Assembly: GCF_000485595.1 (NCBI RefSeq)
Contig: NW_014577075.1
Span: 587,311 to 651,310 of the forward strand
DNA: 64,000 bases
Source of the DNA: Priapulus caudatus
Taxonomy: Eukaryota
Reading direction: 5' to 3'
The first letter of the stretch is position 1, and each line of letters opens with the position of its first letter. Below are positions 1-14,420 of this stretch, piece by piece. The notes beneath the pieces are model-generated. The model saw only the letters and a list, made by a program, of their open reading frames with translations. It did no database searches and was not told the DNA's origin. The position numbers were made by a program, and so were the translations under genes.

Positions 1-775
1 AGGATCATCAAGATTTGGTGAGCCAATGTAATTTACAGTACTTGGAGTAAACACTTTGCTTAAGATTGGTTTATGAACTGCGGCAAATATAATTGATGTT
101 TAATTGAACAGTCTATTTAGTATTATGAATGAAATTGCTAAAACATTTATATTAATTAAACTAATTATTCTTAATCATGGTTATATTTCAGGATTTACAG
201 GAGAAAGTTGAATGGGAAGAAGGCTATTCAGTTAAAAGTGACCCTTTCGCCTCCTACCGTCGCTAACTGCTTATCAACATATATCTGAGGATTTGCCGTC
301 AGGTGAGGTCTAAGGTCCAGTTCTCTTTTTTTCTTAGAAAATAGATGGTTCGATTTAACTTTCAAAATCGTTTAAAATAATTTTAATCCACAAAAGAACA
401 CGATTTTCATCAGGTCGCAGCAATGGCTCGGGAACAGCGCTTGGGGCCAGAAGAATACGTTAGGAGAGATGTGGCGGGTAAAGCGTTACCTGTGGCAAAG
501 ACATTTAGATGTTCTGCCCGGAAGCTACAAGAAGAATCTTTCTTGTGCCTTGAAGAAAGGCTGTGGAAAAACCAATGTAGCTGCAGAAGAACATGGGTTA
601 TTCTGTACTGACATATGTGACTTGTGTTCACGAATGCTGCGAGAAAAGTACATGGTGTAGACGAAGAAGAAGACGAAAGATTTGCGAATGAAAATGATGA
701 AAACATTTGAAATCTGCAAGATGAGGGGATGATTGGTTCTCCGAGTTTGATGATGAACATTAACTGTAATCGGCT
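1..775 (+). pseudogene. 3' fragment of an intron-containing Academ-like (AcademX) transposon ORF, copy 1
   Basis: Exon pieces at ~192-302 and 414-~775 have AG/GT boundaries. They give a frameshifted LPPT..A..QH..R..Q..W motif and a CXC-type cluster (KKGC..NQCSCRRHGLFCTDICD). Homologous to 14980-15724. Confidence 0.6.
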
Positions 776-2344
776 CATATAATAAGAACTCTTTACATAT
801 TTCTCTATGCTTTTTCTAGAGTGTTTTTTAAGTGTTTTTTCATTCTAAAGAATTTTTCTTTAATCTGAGTGACAAGTAAATTGCGTAGGCCCAATACTAG
901 CCTCATACACGAGCGAGCACGCACGCGAACGCACGCACGCACGCACGCACCACGCACAAACACACACATACACACCACACACACACACACACACACACAA
1001 CCACACACACACAGACAGACACAGCACACACACATGTTAACACACACAACACATAAATATGTAGTAGATATATATATATTTATGTGTCAGTGTGCAGCGG
1101 CAGCCAGCGTTTGTTGCAGAGAGCATTTGGACGGCATTTACAGAAATTGTCCGCAAATAATAGGTGAAAGAGAGTATAGAAATATTAAGACTTTGGTACC
1201 TATAGTAAATAGAATTTCGTATTTATTTAGCATTATATTTCATTGAAACGCTCAAGCTGTTGTGTGTGTAATGTTGTACTGCAGATCTAAATAGCAGCCC
1301 GTAAGGAGCGTACACGTGGTCAGACGCGCCAGTCTAAATGTTGCGCGTTATTATCGGTAGAGGGCGTGTCGAGGCGTCGTCGCCGACATAGTGCAAGCAC
1401 GGATTTAGAGAGTTACTGGTGAGTAGTTTGTTGTCGCTCGATGCACCGATGTCACTCGATGTCAGTCAAGCCCTTGTGTGCCGAGTCTCACACGGATGTG
1501 ATACGGGTCACGATGACACGTTAACTTTCATCTCGATATCAGCTAATGCATTTTCTTTGCCTGCCACTCAGTTGTCCGAGCCCTCGCGCTTGCACGCCGC
1601 AGCCGACCCGCCACTCCTAACAATTCGCCGTTTCATCACTCTCTTCGACATTTTGCGTTCGTGGCGTTTCGCTTCCACGCTCAGGGGCAAAATTTCGTCC
1701 TGAAAGCCCCGTGAATTAAAGCCCCTCCAGGCGTTCGTGGCTGCCTTGACATCCAGCCAGGGTTCGCGTACACTAATAAACACGAGCGCGTGCTCTGCTA
1801 CGGGCACCACGAGAGCGGTAGTAGACGTGAGAAACCAGGTGAGTTATCGTCGGCATGAAGGAGACAGCGTACTTTAATAACCGCCTCCCCCATGCCGACG
1901 CTTGCGTGCTTATTCATAGCGCGGCTGTCGAGTGCGCCGTGATATACTGTAACACCGTGCCGCTGATTGCAGCAATTACGCTGGGCAGCTGTTTCGTCCT
2001 GTTCGTATAATCACTAAGCAGGGCCGTTAATGGCGGACGACGCACTGCGTGACGGATTTTCCCAATTAAATTCTCGTTGTTTACGAGACCGCGCTGCGGT
2101 AGTCACGTGGTCTGCGAACGTACGCGGCGGCCCTGCCGAGCATGCACGAGGCACGCTGATTGTTATAGCCGCCATGTTGCTTAGCAACGTCGATGGCGCA
2201 GGAGCTTCCTTCTAATCCTAAAATGAAAGTGTCAATGTAGGTCACCACTGTAGGTCACCAATGTAGGTCACCACAAAAAGGACACAAATGAGTGAGTGAG
2301 AAGAAGTCAGTTTTAATTGAGCAACCATCGACGTACATTATAGA

Positions 2345-3188
2345 AACGAAGAGTATAATATGGGAGAACTCCCATTATATACTCTTGATAATTATATGCG
2401 TAATTTTTTATGTGAAAATAAATGTTTGAGATGTGAAAGTCTGAGATGTGGGCGAGTGATGGCGTTACACCTAAATGATGGTATGGTTGCCATCTGTATA
2501 TCGCAATAATAATTTATATAAACCAAAATAAATCACAATTTGTGACGGTAGATTGCGCTATACCCGCTTTGATTTTCTTTGCGATGGCGTTCGAAATAAA
2601 ATAGGTTATGCGCTGCGTTCCGACATGTTTTGTAAAACTTTACTCTAAATATAGACGTTTTATCAGCAGGGTGGAGAGAAATACCAATTTGCATTAAAGA
2701 TATTGTCAATGAAATTTGTAAAACGAACCAGACGAGTGTGACACCATACACTGTTATCTGCGTGTCTATATAATATGCTATATAATTGCCAAAACCTACC
2801 TAATTTGCATAAAAAAAATTAAATATCAAAACCCCTGTAATACGTTTTGGGGCCAGCCCTTATTCATTCACACACCAAAAATGAGCAAAATCCGTTGAAC
2901 CTGAACTGACTAATGGCAATTTCCATTTTTGCCAAAAAAATTGGCGTGGCTCGAAAGTACGTCGACTGGCGTGCTCCAAGATAGGACGTTCAAACCTTTC
3001 CCATAGTAGTAACAACTATGCCCAATTTCAAACATGTGGGTCAAACGGTTCCTGAGTTATCGTTGACCGTCGCCAAATGTTGACGGAAGGACGGACGGAC
3101 GGACGGACGGACGGACGGACGGACGTACGACGGACGACGACCCATGGCAATAGCTCATCTTGACGATGTCAAGGTGAGCTAAAAAAAA
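2345..3188. mobile_element. Non-autonomous Helentron/DINE-1-like (HINE) element
   Basis: Hairpin aagagtata..tgggag-aa-ctcccat..tatactctt at one end, a (GGAC)n tract at 3088-3135, and a terminal stem-loop tagctca..ttgac-gat-gtcaa..tgagcta followed by an A run. A noisy copy lies at ~17305-18180. Confidence 0.55.
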
Positions 3189-4263
3189 CCGCGCAGTCGT
3201 AGCTAGTACCTACGTGCCGATGTTTGCAATATATCACGCGACATTTTTTATTATTGTACGGATTACACGGAACTGTGAAGAAAAACGGCAGAAAACCATG
3301 GCGATTGAAAGGCAGTGGACTCTATGAAGGTGGAAAAAGTTGTCTCGACTGTCACTGATATGCGGCAAAGATTACTGTACGTGACTGGTGCATTCCGTCG
3401 TTAACAATTTGAAATAGGGCGCGCTAGCAACATATCTGTAATAAACCTAAATAAATATCGATTCCCATTTGTAATCTATCATAATTTAAAATCGTTGATG
3501 ATTACGTCGCTATTATGATTAAACTTCATTGTTTATTTTTTTATATACGTTATTGTAGTGTATGAGATTCAACACAAGGCTTAATTTATTTAACGCAAAA
3601 TTATGGTGATAGCTTGTGTTATATAGCTTATAGCTCTCAATACATAATTGTGAAATATTGTCAGAGGTAGTGGTCGCAGTCGTGGAAGCACATATTTCTC
3701 AAGAAAGTTCAATATTAGCAATAGCTCTGGCGCATTTGCTTATTCACATCATTGATCATGCATGTCAGAAATTTCAGGATATATACCGGCTATATAACAC
3801 ATTTATAGCGACTATATCGCTTGAATGATGTATAATATATTACGTCGCATCACGCCTACGCACAGTTGATTCATGCGAGCATGTGAACAGAACAAAGTCG
3901 TAATCGTTTGGATGGTATTGGGCGTTCAAAAATATATAGAGGATATTTAATACTGCGTGGCCGAAGTTAGATGTCAACAATTGAAAGGCCGTATTATGCG
4001 CGTTCTTTACGTTTAAATACTTCGGTCGTATAGAAATGATGATTACAGTGCGTAAATACACATACATACCATGTTTCTATATATTATTTATATACCTTTA
4101 CAGCAAGTAGCTATGTTCGAAGACATTCACTAAGATGTCCCATTCGAAAAAAACGAGGCATGTAGTCTTAAACGATTCGGCGTTTGTACATTTCCTCGAC
4201 GTTTACCATCTAAATTTACATAAAAGCATAAAGAAGCATAAGCACGCACGCGTCGTGTCTTTA

Positions 4264-4451
4264 AGCCCGGCGCACACGCGAGTTATTTTACTCAAGTAAA
4301 ATGACGCAGGAGTTTTTTACGAAAATCCGCCACACACGTGATTAAAATGACGAATGCGTCAAATTACTCAACGAAAATCCGCCGCACACGTGAGTAAAAT
4401 GACTCGTGCGTCATTTTACTTGAGTAAAATAACTCACGTATGCGCCGAGCT
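4264..4451. mobile_element. PIF/Harbinger-like MITE
   Basis: TIRs of ~45 bp (agcccggcgcacacgcgagttattttactcaagtaaaatgacgca and its reverse complement) with a TTA target duplication at 4261-4263 and 4452-4454. Copies at 12532-12719 and ~19290-19480. Confidence 0.7.
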
Positions 4452-4679
4452 TTACTGTGACGTGATCCGCGAGAGGGCAGCATTGGTGGAATATCGTGCG
4501 CGCGTGCGTGTGCTTGTTATTCTATACATAACAGCGACCTAGCACCGCGTGCGGCCACAGTTTACGCAAGACTTACCGAACCATTACTAGGATTTAGAAG
4601 CTTTCTCTGCCCTACTAGGCCGGATCGTCGATAAGTACAACTCATGATTCGCCTTCTTCTTTTAGAACAACGGAACGTA

Positions 4680-5031
4680 CACAGGCACTTGGAGCGTTTC
4701 AATAAAATATAATGCTAAATAAATACGAAATCTATTTACTACCAAAGTCTTAATGTTTCTATACTCTCTATTTTTTGCCTATTATTGCCGACAATTTCCT
4801 GCAAATGAGTAACAAGATATATAACAAAAAAGTATATATTTATGTGTCAGTGTACAGCGGCAGCCATGGCGGCAGCTAGTGTTTGTTGTAGATGAGCATT
4901 TGGACGGCATTTGCAGGAAATTGTCGGCAATAATAGGCGAAAGAGAGTATAGAAACATTAAGACTTTGGTAGTAAATAGATTTCGTATTTATTTAGCATA
5001 ATATTTTATTGAAACGCTCCAAGTGCCTGTG
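4680..5031. repeat. Inverted-repeat (MITE-like) element, ~125-bp arms
   Basis: 4680-4806 is the reverse complement of 4908-5031. Related sequence occurs at ~1075-1255, ~12948-13295 and, diverged, at ~49505-49930. Confidence 0.6.
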
Positions 5032-5261
5032 CGCACGTAAAATTTGCTTCTCGTCGGGAGAGAATGAAAATAGTGTTGAGTGTTTTCGAACGCAAATAAC
5101 CTAAATACAGGGGTCAGCACATTCCATTATTTAAGCAGCTATATTTGTCCACTACTAGGCCAATATAATGAAAACTCTATGTGTTCCTATTCGCTCACTA
5201 TTCTCTCTCTTTCTCTCTTTCTCTCTTTCTCTCTTTCTCTCTTTCTCTCTCTCTCTCACTG

Positions 5262-5317
<56 letters not shown>

Positions 5318-6684
5318 TGAGTGCGTGCGTGCGTGCGTGAGTGTGTGCGCGCGCGCGTGTGTGTGTCTTTCCTGTTTGTTCTATCTCCAGTTATAACGTT
5401 TAACTCTCTTGTCGACTCTACCTTATGGTCAGATCTAGCTCTAGGACTATAGCCCGCGTACAGTTGCCGCAGAGCTATAGAACATTCTATGCCAGTTTTA
5501 CATCTGCACCTGCTCGCCATTGCTTCCACGAAAAATGGCTCACAAAACGCAAAATGGTCGGGCTTTTTAACACTTATTTATTATCTACATGGACATCTCA
5601 CCTATCTTTTTGAACACTTTCCACAAAAGTGCGTTGAGTACCCAGTGTATAACCATATGCTTTCATGGAGCTTTTACGTGCATTCTATTGGTGGACCGAG
5701 AGGTCACTAAAAGCCTATATTTTTGGTCGCTATCGACTTTTTAATATTCACATATGAGCCATAAAGCCTCGTATGACTATCTTCTAAACCTATCATACAA
5801 CACTCCCTATTATCGGGCAAATGTCATCATTTCACCGTTTTTGAGCACGTTCGCATGGTAAATGCGTTTTTACTGGTGCACTCCGACATTAAAAGCGGAA
5901 TGAAGTATGAACCATCCTCGTACGTATACCGCCATCTTCCACGTGGCCGGCAATTTCAACATCTCACCAGGTGTTCTTAGTAATCATGTATAAAACGACA
6001 CAGATGCGATTCTAAAAATAAATAAGGGAAATAGAGAGAAAGAGAGAGAGAGAGAGAGAGAATTTTATCGCCCGATCACGAAGGGGCACACGTGACGTAG
6101 CGAATTTGAGAGCGTACGCGTACGCCACTCGACAGAACATTTAACATCACATGATATCAACAACACGTCCGATTGGTTTAGAAAAATCGATCGGGCGACA
6201 AAATACGCCGGTCACGGCCACACGAGCGATAATAATCGCCCGGCGTAAATAATCGCCCGAAAATATCTAACATTTTGGATACGGGCGATTCGGTCGGCCG
6301 ATTAAAATCGGCGTCGACGTGAACGGGCACACGGGCGATTTCTTCGAGCGATTTCAAAATTCGCGGCGATCGGGCGATAAAAATCGCTCGTGTGCCCCTA
6401 CCATAAGCACCTTAGACCTAGACCTAAGACCTTAGCACCTTAGCACCTTAGCACCTTAGCACCTTAGACCTATACCTAAGACCTTAAGCACCTTCTTCGA
6501 CTGCCTGCGACTAGCTGCGACTGGTCGCAGGCAGTCGCTGTCAGTCGCATCGCCGACGACCTAAGCACTGCACTCGCAGTGAATTGCGGTGGATCGCGAT
6601 ATATATCTATAATAATAATATTATACACTCCTGATATTACCAGCAAATATTACTATTGATAGACTCCTGATATTACAGTATATA

Positions 6685-6866
6685 CCGTATTTACTCGTGT
6701 ATAACCCGCACTATTTGTACACAACCTCAATAAAAAAATCAGGAGGTGCGACTTGTAGACGAGGCTAAGAAATCTTATTAATGTACCAATGTTTGTGCCA
6801 ACTTTTCAAGCCACAATTTGGTGTGCGACTTATACATGAATAATACTTATACACGAGTAAATACAG
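6685..6866. mobile_element. Tc1/mariner-superfamily MITE
   Basis: TIRs ccgtatttactcgtgtataa / ttatacacgagtaaatacag, flanked by TA on both sides. Confidence 0.7.
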
Positions 6867-7517
6867 TACATGTAAAATCGTAATGAAATTCACACGACGT
6901 TTATTTTTGCGTGTCGGCACGCTCGTTGTGTGTCATTCCCGATTGCAGCATGTTCCTCAATCCCAGGAAAGAGTTTTGCTGTCGTCCTCTCATCCCAGCG
7001 ATGCCCACCCCCGACATATTGATTTAGAAATGAACATGCCCCAAGCGACTTATAAACAATCGTACCCCCCCCTCGTACATCAATCAATGCTGCCCTGTCC
7101 AGGGAGGTACGAGCTGCTGCTCTGAATAAATCTGTAATGGTAACGGTGGGGGTCGCGGGCTGCTTTTGGTAACATGGTTACAGTAGCATCTACGCCTAAG
7201 CTGTTTTGGCTTTAGTGGGAATTTTTTAAGCTATAGATTCGATTTCGATTTTTGTTTTTAGTAGTGTAATTTACATATGTATATTCATGTCATACATATA
7301 GTCCAATAACTTCCAATGACTATATTTCTATGGTTTTAGAAGCTGCAGATCCCGACAGTGTCAACGAGACCAGTTAATTGGTAGGCACATTAATTAACAT
7401 TGCTAATCAAAACTATATAACATCTTCACAAAATATACTAATTTTTTTATCAGGAGAGTTTAAACGTTGCTCCATTTGATATTTATTTGCTCTGGCAATA
7501 TTTTTCTAATTTCATAG

Positions 7518-7680
7518 ATTGTCCATGCAATGGAAGAAAAAAACGGGGACGGAAAGTGAGAGATTGGCTGGAATGCGCCCCACCTGTAAGCAGTGGTGTC
7601 ACGAATCCTGCACCGTATGGAAATGTGCTGGAACTGGAATATGTGGTAAACTAGCGGGATGCCCAGACTGCTTGCTTGTA
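7518..7680 (+). pseudogene. Frameshifted PHD-finger exon relic
   Basis: After the acceptor ttcatag, one frame reads CPC..DWLEC, then a frameshift gives TCKQWCHESC...CPDC, which is C4HC3 spacing. Confidence 0.45.
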
Positions 7681-7739
7681 ACCGCTTGGCTGAAAGAAAA
7701 TACCCAAAAAAATTTAACTATCTATATATCTATGCATGC

Positions 7740-7985
7740 ATCCATCCATCCATCACATTCCATGCCATCCCATCCCATCCCATCGCACCGCATCCCATTC
7801 CATCCCATCCCATATCATCGCATCCCATGCCATCCCATGCCATCCCATGACATCCCATGCAATCCCATCCCATCCCATCCCATCCCATCCCATCCCATCC
7901 CATCCCATGTCATTTCATGCAGGCCATGCCATGCCATCCCATCCCATCCCATCCCATCGCACCGCATCCCATCCCATCCCATCCC
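7740..7985. repeat. (CATCC)n pentamer microsatellite
   Basis: Tandem ccatc/ccatg units. Confidence 0.9.
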
Positions 7986-9789
7986 AAACAGTAAAAAATA
8001 ATAAGAAATCAAAAAATAAAAAACATAAAAATCAAAAAAATTAAAGTAAAAATTAAAAAATTAAAAATAATACATACTAAAGAGTAATCCCGGTGTAGGA
8101 GACGGATGATCTAGCGATTAGGCCACTGCGCCGTTAAAAGTATACCCCATGGATTCACACGTACGTGATGTTAATCTGTACGCACCGCCATCTATTGATG
8201 AATCGAATTTTTTACTTTTTTACTTTTTTAAATTTTTGTTTTAGCCAGAACCACCTCCCAGACGTGCTGATTCTGAGAATATCTTTTGTTTTCCTCTAGG
8301 CTGCGGAGTTCTCTAGTTATGCGAGTACGGACTAATTCGGCTGAACAACTTTATATATATAGATTTTCCTCTAGGCTGCGGAGTTCTCTAGTTATGCGAG
8401 TACGGACTAATTCGGCTGAACAACTTTATATATGTATATAGAAATGTATATACTACAAAATATTTAACGGGTGAATCTATCGCTTTTACATATTAGTTTA
8501 TTTAATTAATAATTAAATGCCAAGCCTATACTGGGTTACATAAAGGGTCCCCTAAGGGGTCAGTAATGAATACTAGGGAATGTCTTAGTTTATCAAAGTA
8601 AATAACTATTAATAGTTTAATAATTAGGTTTGGATGATCATTCAGCGACTAAAGTATTTGTTGTACGGCCACATTGTGTTTCGTTACTGATAATCTATTT
8701 ATTTTAAAGACTGCCACTTAATTAAAACCACTGTTAGCAATGTTGATTTAACACTCTCCATTTTAACTTCAGTAATCCACCGTTTTTTTGCCAAAAAAAT
8801 GCTTGACCTGGAAGTAAATTCTATCAAACCAATTCCTTTACCAAGTTCTAGTATAAGGGCTCTAGAAACACCATTTAAAAGTTGAAGACTCTACCTATTG
8901 GGAGAAATACTTAAAAATGTGATTTATTTTCTGCCAGCTCGCCGATTTTTCAGAAATCGATATCTCAGCTTAGGAAGCACCTACAGAGCTCAACAACCAC
9001 TTCAAAATGATTAGAATAGTCGAATTGTGTCAGACGGAGCATGGTTTAGAAGACCCAAAACTTACTTTTACTTTTCGAGAAAATCGCAAAAAAACGCAAA
9101 TTTTTTTTGATCCTTACGCGAGTACAGTCCGACCTCCTTCATCCGGCCGCGTCGGGACCGGCACCCATCCGGATATGATTATTTGTGACAAACTGTCGTG
9201 TTTTATGGTTTATGTGAAATGGAAATAAAATGAAATAAAACAGAAATGTTACCACTTGGGTTTATGTTTGTTTCTTTTGTGCTGAGATCTAGGGCTGTAA
9301 CGATCGATGCACTCGCGTATTCGGTGCAGCGGTATACCGGTATTGCGATATTATCGCGGTGTAATATTTTAGAATTACCATACCGTAACCATGCAGCTCA
9401 ATACCGTGGTTTTCTTGTTGACATGTGATATACACGTGTACAGTGATGTCACGAAAATCTGACACAACCATGCGGCGTTTTTCCAGCCATGTGCGCGGCA
9501 GCGGCGCCTTTGATTGAAGTACGGGGCTCGATCGATCGCGAGTGCGTATAGCGCGGTAGCGCGTTTCACTAACGTCCGCTAGTAAAAGTTGTTCGTTAAC
9601 GGACGAAATTGTCTGGAGGCATAGCGCACACGAGCGGACAACACACACGCACGCACGCAAACACACGTACAGTTGGTACATCGCGCGAGTTTTGAGCGAG
9701 ATTTTTAGGTGAAATGAATGAAAAAAACAGAGAACATACACTGCGAGATTGCGTGCTGTTGCTGCCCAGCTGTTTTTTCGGCGTGCTCT

Positions 9790-10096
9790 CAACTTTGCAT
9801 CATCTGAAGAAGTCAATGCAACACTGTGCAACGAGTGCTTGGAGTACGAGTTATGCTCGTTATCGATGATCCTTTTTGATGTTAATGGCTACATGAGATC
9901 GACAGCAAAGGCAGACTTAGCAACGTATCTTGTAGAAGAGTGTACACTTGACGATGAAGTCGGAGTTACTCTACTGAAGGGCGATGTTGCTAGGATCGTA
10001 TTGGATAGTGGTGCCCTTCTACATCGTGTTAGATGGACAAAGAAAGAAACGTTCCAGACAATAATAGATGGATATCACTCCTTCATCCGGAACATG
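9790..10096 (+). pseudogene. Academ-like XPG/PIN-domain ORF, 5' piece
   Basis: Reads YELCSLSMILFDVNGYMRSTAKADLA...IVLDSGALLHRVRW..ETFQTIIDGYHSFIRNM, a typical PIN/XPG-like start. It appears to continue at 14421. Confidence 0.6.
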
Positions 10097-10180
10097 CTTC
10101 ATCCTTCATCCGGAACATGCTTCATCCTTCATCCGGAACATGCTTCATCCTTCATCCGGAACATGCTTCATCCTTCATCC
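10079..10180. repeat. 23-bp tandem repeat (ccttcatccggaacatgcttcat), ~4.5 copies
   Basis: Head-to-tail copies without spacers, located at the point where the Academ-like ORF breaks. Confidence 0.9.
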
Positions 10181-10199
10181 GCTGACATGCCTTCATCCT

Positions 10200-10757
10200 T
10201 CGGATCTGGCGAATTCGCCCTGTGTATTTTGGCTTGCTCGAGCAGCGAGTAGGAAATCGACAGGGAAGATGCACTGCCTCTATTTTGGGCCTGCTCGTCG
10301 CAACGAAGGCGAGAAATCGGAAGCGAATGCGAAAGCGAACGAAGCGAAGCGAACATGTGACCCTGTGTTCCTGTATTTAGCTTGCTCGAAGAAACGAACG
10401 AGCGCCGGCTAGTCCAGCGAAACGAGCGAACCAACCCCAGTCTCAATGTTGCTTGCTCGAGCAACCGAAGACTGAGCGAAGTCGCAGCGAACTACAGCAA
10501 ACATTGGCGCTCGCTCTGTCTATTTTGCTTTGCTCAAGCAACGAAGTCTAGCGATAACCAAAGCGAACATGGCCTGCCGCTCTGTATTTTGCTTGCTCGT
10601 AGCAGCGAAGTCCCAGCGAAACGAATCGCGACATGGCCCCCGCTCTGTATTGTCGCTTGCTCGTGCACGAAGGTCCAGCGAAGTCCAACGCAACGAAGCG
10701 ACATTATTTCAGTCTCAATCCGTTGCTTACTCGAGCAACGTAGTCCAGCGAAACCGA
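10200..10757. repeat. Degenerate ~60-65-bp tandem satellite running into the gap
   Basis: Recurring core ctgtattt..gcttgctcgagcaacgaag..cagcgaa. Confidence 0.65.
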
Positions 10758-11448
10758 NNNNNNNNNNNNNNNNNNNNNNNNNNNNNNNNNNNNNNNNNNN
10801 NNNNNNNNNNNNNNNNNNNNNNNNNNNNNNNNNNNNNNNNNNNNNNNNNNNNNNNNNNNNNNNNNNNNNNNNNNNNNNNNNNNNNNNNNNNNNNNNNNNN
10901 NNNNNNNNNNNNNNNNNNNNNNNNNNNNNNNNNNNNNNNNNNNNNNNNNNNNNNNNNNNNNNNNNNNNNNNNNNNNNNNNNNNNNNNNNNNNNNNNNNNN
11001 NNNNNNNNNNNNNNNNNNNNNNNNNNNNNNNNNNNNNNNNNNNNNNNNNNNNNNNNNNNNNNNNNNNNNNNNNNNNNNNNNNNNNNNNNNNNNNNNNNNN
11101 NNNNNNNNNNNNNNNNNNNNNNNNNNNNNNNNNNNNNNNNNNNNNNNNNNNNNNNNNNNNNNNNNNNNNNNNNNNNNNNNNNNNNNNNNNNNNNNNNNNN
11201 NNNNNNNNNNNNNNNNNNNNNNNNNNNNNNNNNNNNNNNNNNNNNNNNNNNNNNNNNNNNNNNNNNNNNNNNNNNNNNNNNNNNNNNNNNNNNNNNNNNN
11301 NNNNNNNNNNNNNNNNNNNNNNNNNNNNNNNNNNNNNNNNNNNNNNNNNNNNNNNNNNNNNNNNNNNNNNNNNNNNNNNNNNNNNNNNNNNNNNNNNNNN
11401 NNNNNNNNNNNNNNNNNNNNNNNNNNNNNNNNNNNNNNNNNNNNNNNN
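10758..11448. other. Assembly gap
   Basis: Run of N. Confidence 1.
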
Positions 11449-14420
11449 AAAAAAAACCGCGCAGTCGTAGCTAGTACCTACGTGCCGATGTTTGCAATAT
11501 ATCACGCGACATTTTTTATTATTGTACGGATTACACGGAACTGTGAAGAAAAACGGCAGAAAACCATGGCGATTGAAAGGCAGTGGACTCTATGAAGGTG
11601 GAAAAAGTTGTCTCGACTGTCACTGATATGCGGCAAAGATAACTGTACGTGACTGGTGCATTCCGTCGTTAACAATTTGAAATAGGGCGCGCTAGCAACA
11701 TATCTGTAATAAACCTAAATAAATATCGATTCCCATTTGTAATCTATCATAATTTAAAATCGTTGATGATTACGTCGCTATTATGATTAAACTTCATTGT
11801 TTATTTTTTTATATACGTTATTGTAGTGTATGAGATTCAACACAAGGCTTAATTTATTTAACGCAAAATTATGGTGATAGCTTGTGTTATATAGCTTATA
11901 GCTCTCAATACATAATTGTGAAATATTGTCAGAGGTAGTGGTCGCAGTCGTGGAAGCACATATTTCTCAAGAAAGTTCAATATTAGCAATAGCTCTGGCG
12001 CATTTGCTTATTCACATCATTGATCATGCATGTCAGAAATTTCAGGATATATACCGGCTATATAACACATTTATAGCGACTATATCGCTTGAATGATGTA
12101 TAATATATTACGTCGCATCACGCCTACGCACAGTTGATTCATGCGAGCATGTGAACAGAACAAAGTCGTAATCGTTTGGATGGTATTGGGCGTTCAAAAA
12201 TATATAGAGGATATTTAATACTGCGTGGCCGAAGTTAGATGTCAACAATTGAAAGGCCGTATTATGCGCGTTCTTTACGTTTAAATACTTCGGTCGTATA
12301 GAAATGATGATTACAGTGCGTAAATACACATACATACCATGTTTCTATATATTATTTATATACCTTTACAGCAAGTAGCTATGTTCGAAGACATTCACTA
12401 AGATGTCCCATTCGAAAAAAACGAGGCATGTAGTCTTAAACGATTCGGCGTTTGTACATTTCCTCGACGTTTACCATCTAAATTTACATAAAAGCATAAA
12501 GAAGCATAAGCACGCACGCGTCGTGTCTTTAAGCCCGGCGCACACGCGAGTTATTTTACTCAAGTAAAATGACGCAGGAGTTTTTTACGAAAATCCGCCA
12601 CACACGTGATTAAAATGACGAATGCGTCAAATTACTCAACGAAAATCCGCCGCACACGTGAGTAAAATGACTCGTGCGTCATTTTACTTGAGTAAAATAA
12701 CTCACGTATGCGCCGAGCTTTACTGTGACGTGATCCGCGAGAGGGCAGCATTGGTGGAATATCGTGCGCGCGTGCGTGTGCTTGTTATTCTATACATAAC
12801 AGCGACCTAGCACCGCGTGCGGCCACAGTTTACGCAAGACTTACCGAACCATTACTAGGATTTAGAAGCTTTCTCTGCCCTACTAGGCCGGATCGTCGAT
12901 AAGTACAACTCATGATTCGCCTTCTTCTTTTAGAACAACGGAACGTACACAGGCACTTGGAGCGTTTCAATAAAATATAATGCTAAATAAATACGAAATC
13001 TATTTACTACCAAAGTCTTAATGTTTCTATACTCTCTATTTTTTGCCTATTATTGCCGACAATTTCCTGCAAATGAGTAACAAGATATATAACAAAAAAG
13101 TATATATTTATGTGTCAGTGTACAGCGGCAGCCATGGCGGCAGCTAGTGTTTGTTGTAGATGAGCATTTGGACGGCATTTGCAGGAAATTGTCGGCAATA
13201 ATAGGCGAAAGAGAGTATAGAAACATTAAGACTTTGGTAGTAAATAGATTTCGTATTTATTTAGCATTATATTTCATTGAAACGCTCCAAGTGTTTGTGT
13301 GTGTAACGTTGTACTGCAGATCTAAATAGCAGCCCGTAAGGAGCGTACACGTGGTCAGACGCGCCAGTCTAAATGTTGCGCGTTATTATCGGTAGAGGGC
13401 GTGTCGAGGGCGTCGTCGCCGACAATAGTGCAAGCACGGATTTAGAGAAGTTACTGGTTGAGTAGTTTGTTGTCGCTCGATGCACCGATGTCACTCGATG
13501 TCAGTCAAGCCCTTATGTGCCGAGTCTCACACGGATGTGATACGGGTCACGATGACACGTTAACTTTCATCTCGATATCAGCTAATGCATTTTCTTTGCC
13601 TGCCACTCAGTTGTCCGAGCCCTCGCGCTTGCACGCCGCAGCCCCCGCCACTCCTAACAATTCGCCGTTTTCATCATCTCTTCTCGACATTTTTGCGTTC
13701 GTGGCGTTTCGCTTCCCGCTCAGGGGGAAAATTTCGTCCTGAAGCCCCGTGAATTAAAGCCCCCCCAGGCGTTCGTGGCTGCCTTGACATCCAGCCAGGG
13801 TTCGCGTACACTATAAACACGAGCGCGTGCTCTGCTACCGGGCACCACGAGAGCGGTAGTAGACGTGAGAAACCCAGGTGAGTTATCGTCGCATGAAGGA
13901 GACAGCGTACCTTTAATAACCGCCTCCCCCATGCCGACGCTTGCGTGCTTATTCATAGCGCGGCTGTCGAGTGCGCCGTGATATACTGTAACACCGTGCC
14001 GCTGATTGCAGCAATTACGTGGGCAGCTGTTTCGTCCTGTTCGTATAATCACTAAGCAGGGCCGGTTAATGGCGGACGACGCACTGCGTGACGGATTTTC
14101 CCAATTAAATCTCGTTGTTTACGAGACCGCGCTGCGGTAGTCACGTGGTCTGCGAACGTACGCGGGCGCTGCCGAGCATGCACGAGGCACGCTGATTGTT
14201 ATAGCCGCCATGTTGCTTAGCAACGTCGATGCGCAGGAGCTTCCTTCTAATCCTAAATGAAAGTGTCAATGTAGGTCACCACTGTAGGTCACCAATGTAG
14301 GTCACCACAAAAAAGGACACAAATGAGTGAGTGAGAAGAAGTCAGTTTTAATTGAGCAACCATCGACGTACATTATAGAAACGAAGAGTATATATGGGAG
14401 AACTCCCATTATATACTCTT
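11449..14420 (+). repeat. Segmental duplication: [3181-~5000] joined to [~1230-2385]
   Basis: Near-identical to 3181-5000 at an offset of 8268 (identical ORF-track entries), then switches to the 1230-2385 sequence through a shared ~190-bp repeat. Confidence 0.85.

Noticed and set aside
1419..2215. Repeated ORFs in the GC-rich duplicated segment
   Set aside because: No recognisable motif; they recur only because the DNA is duplicated, and the frames differ between copies.
10079..10180. 23-bp repeats as a CRISPR array
   Set aside because: Head-to-tail with no unique spacers, eukaryotic context, and no cas genes.
10382..11505. Long ORFs of 314-362 aa
   Set aside because: They are open only because they run through the N gap.
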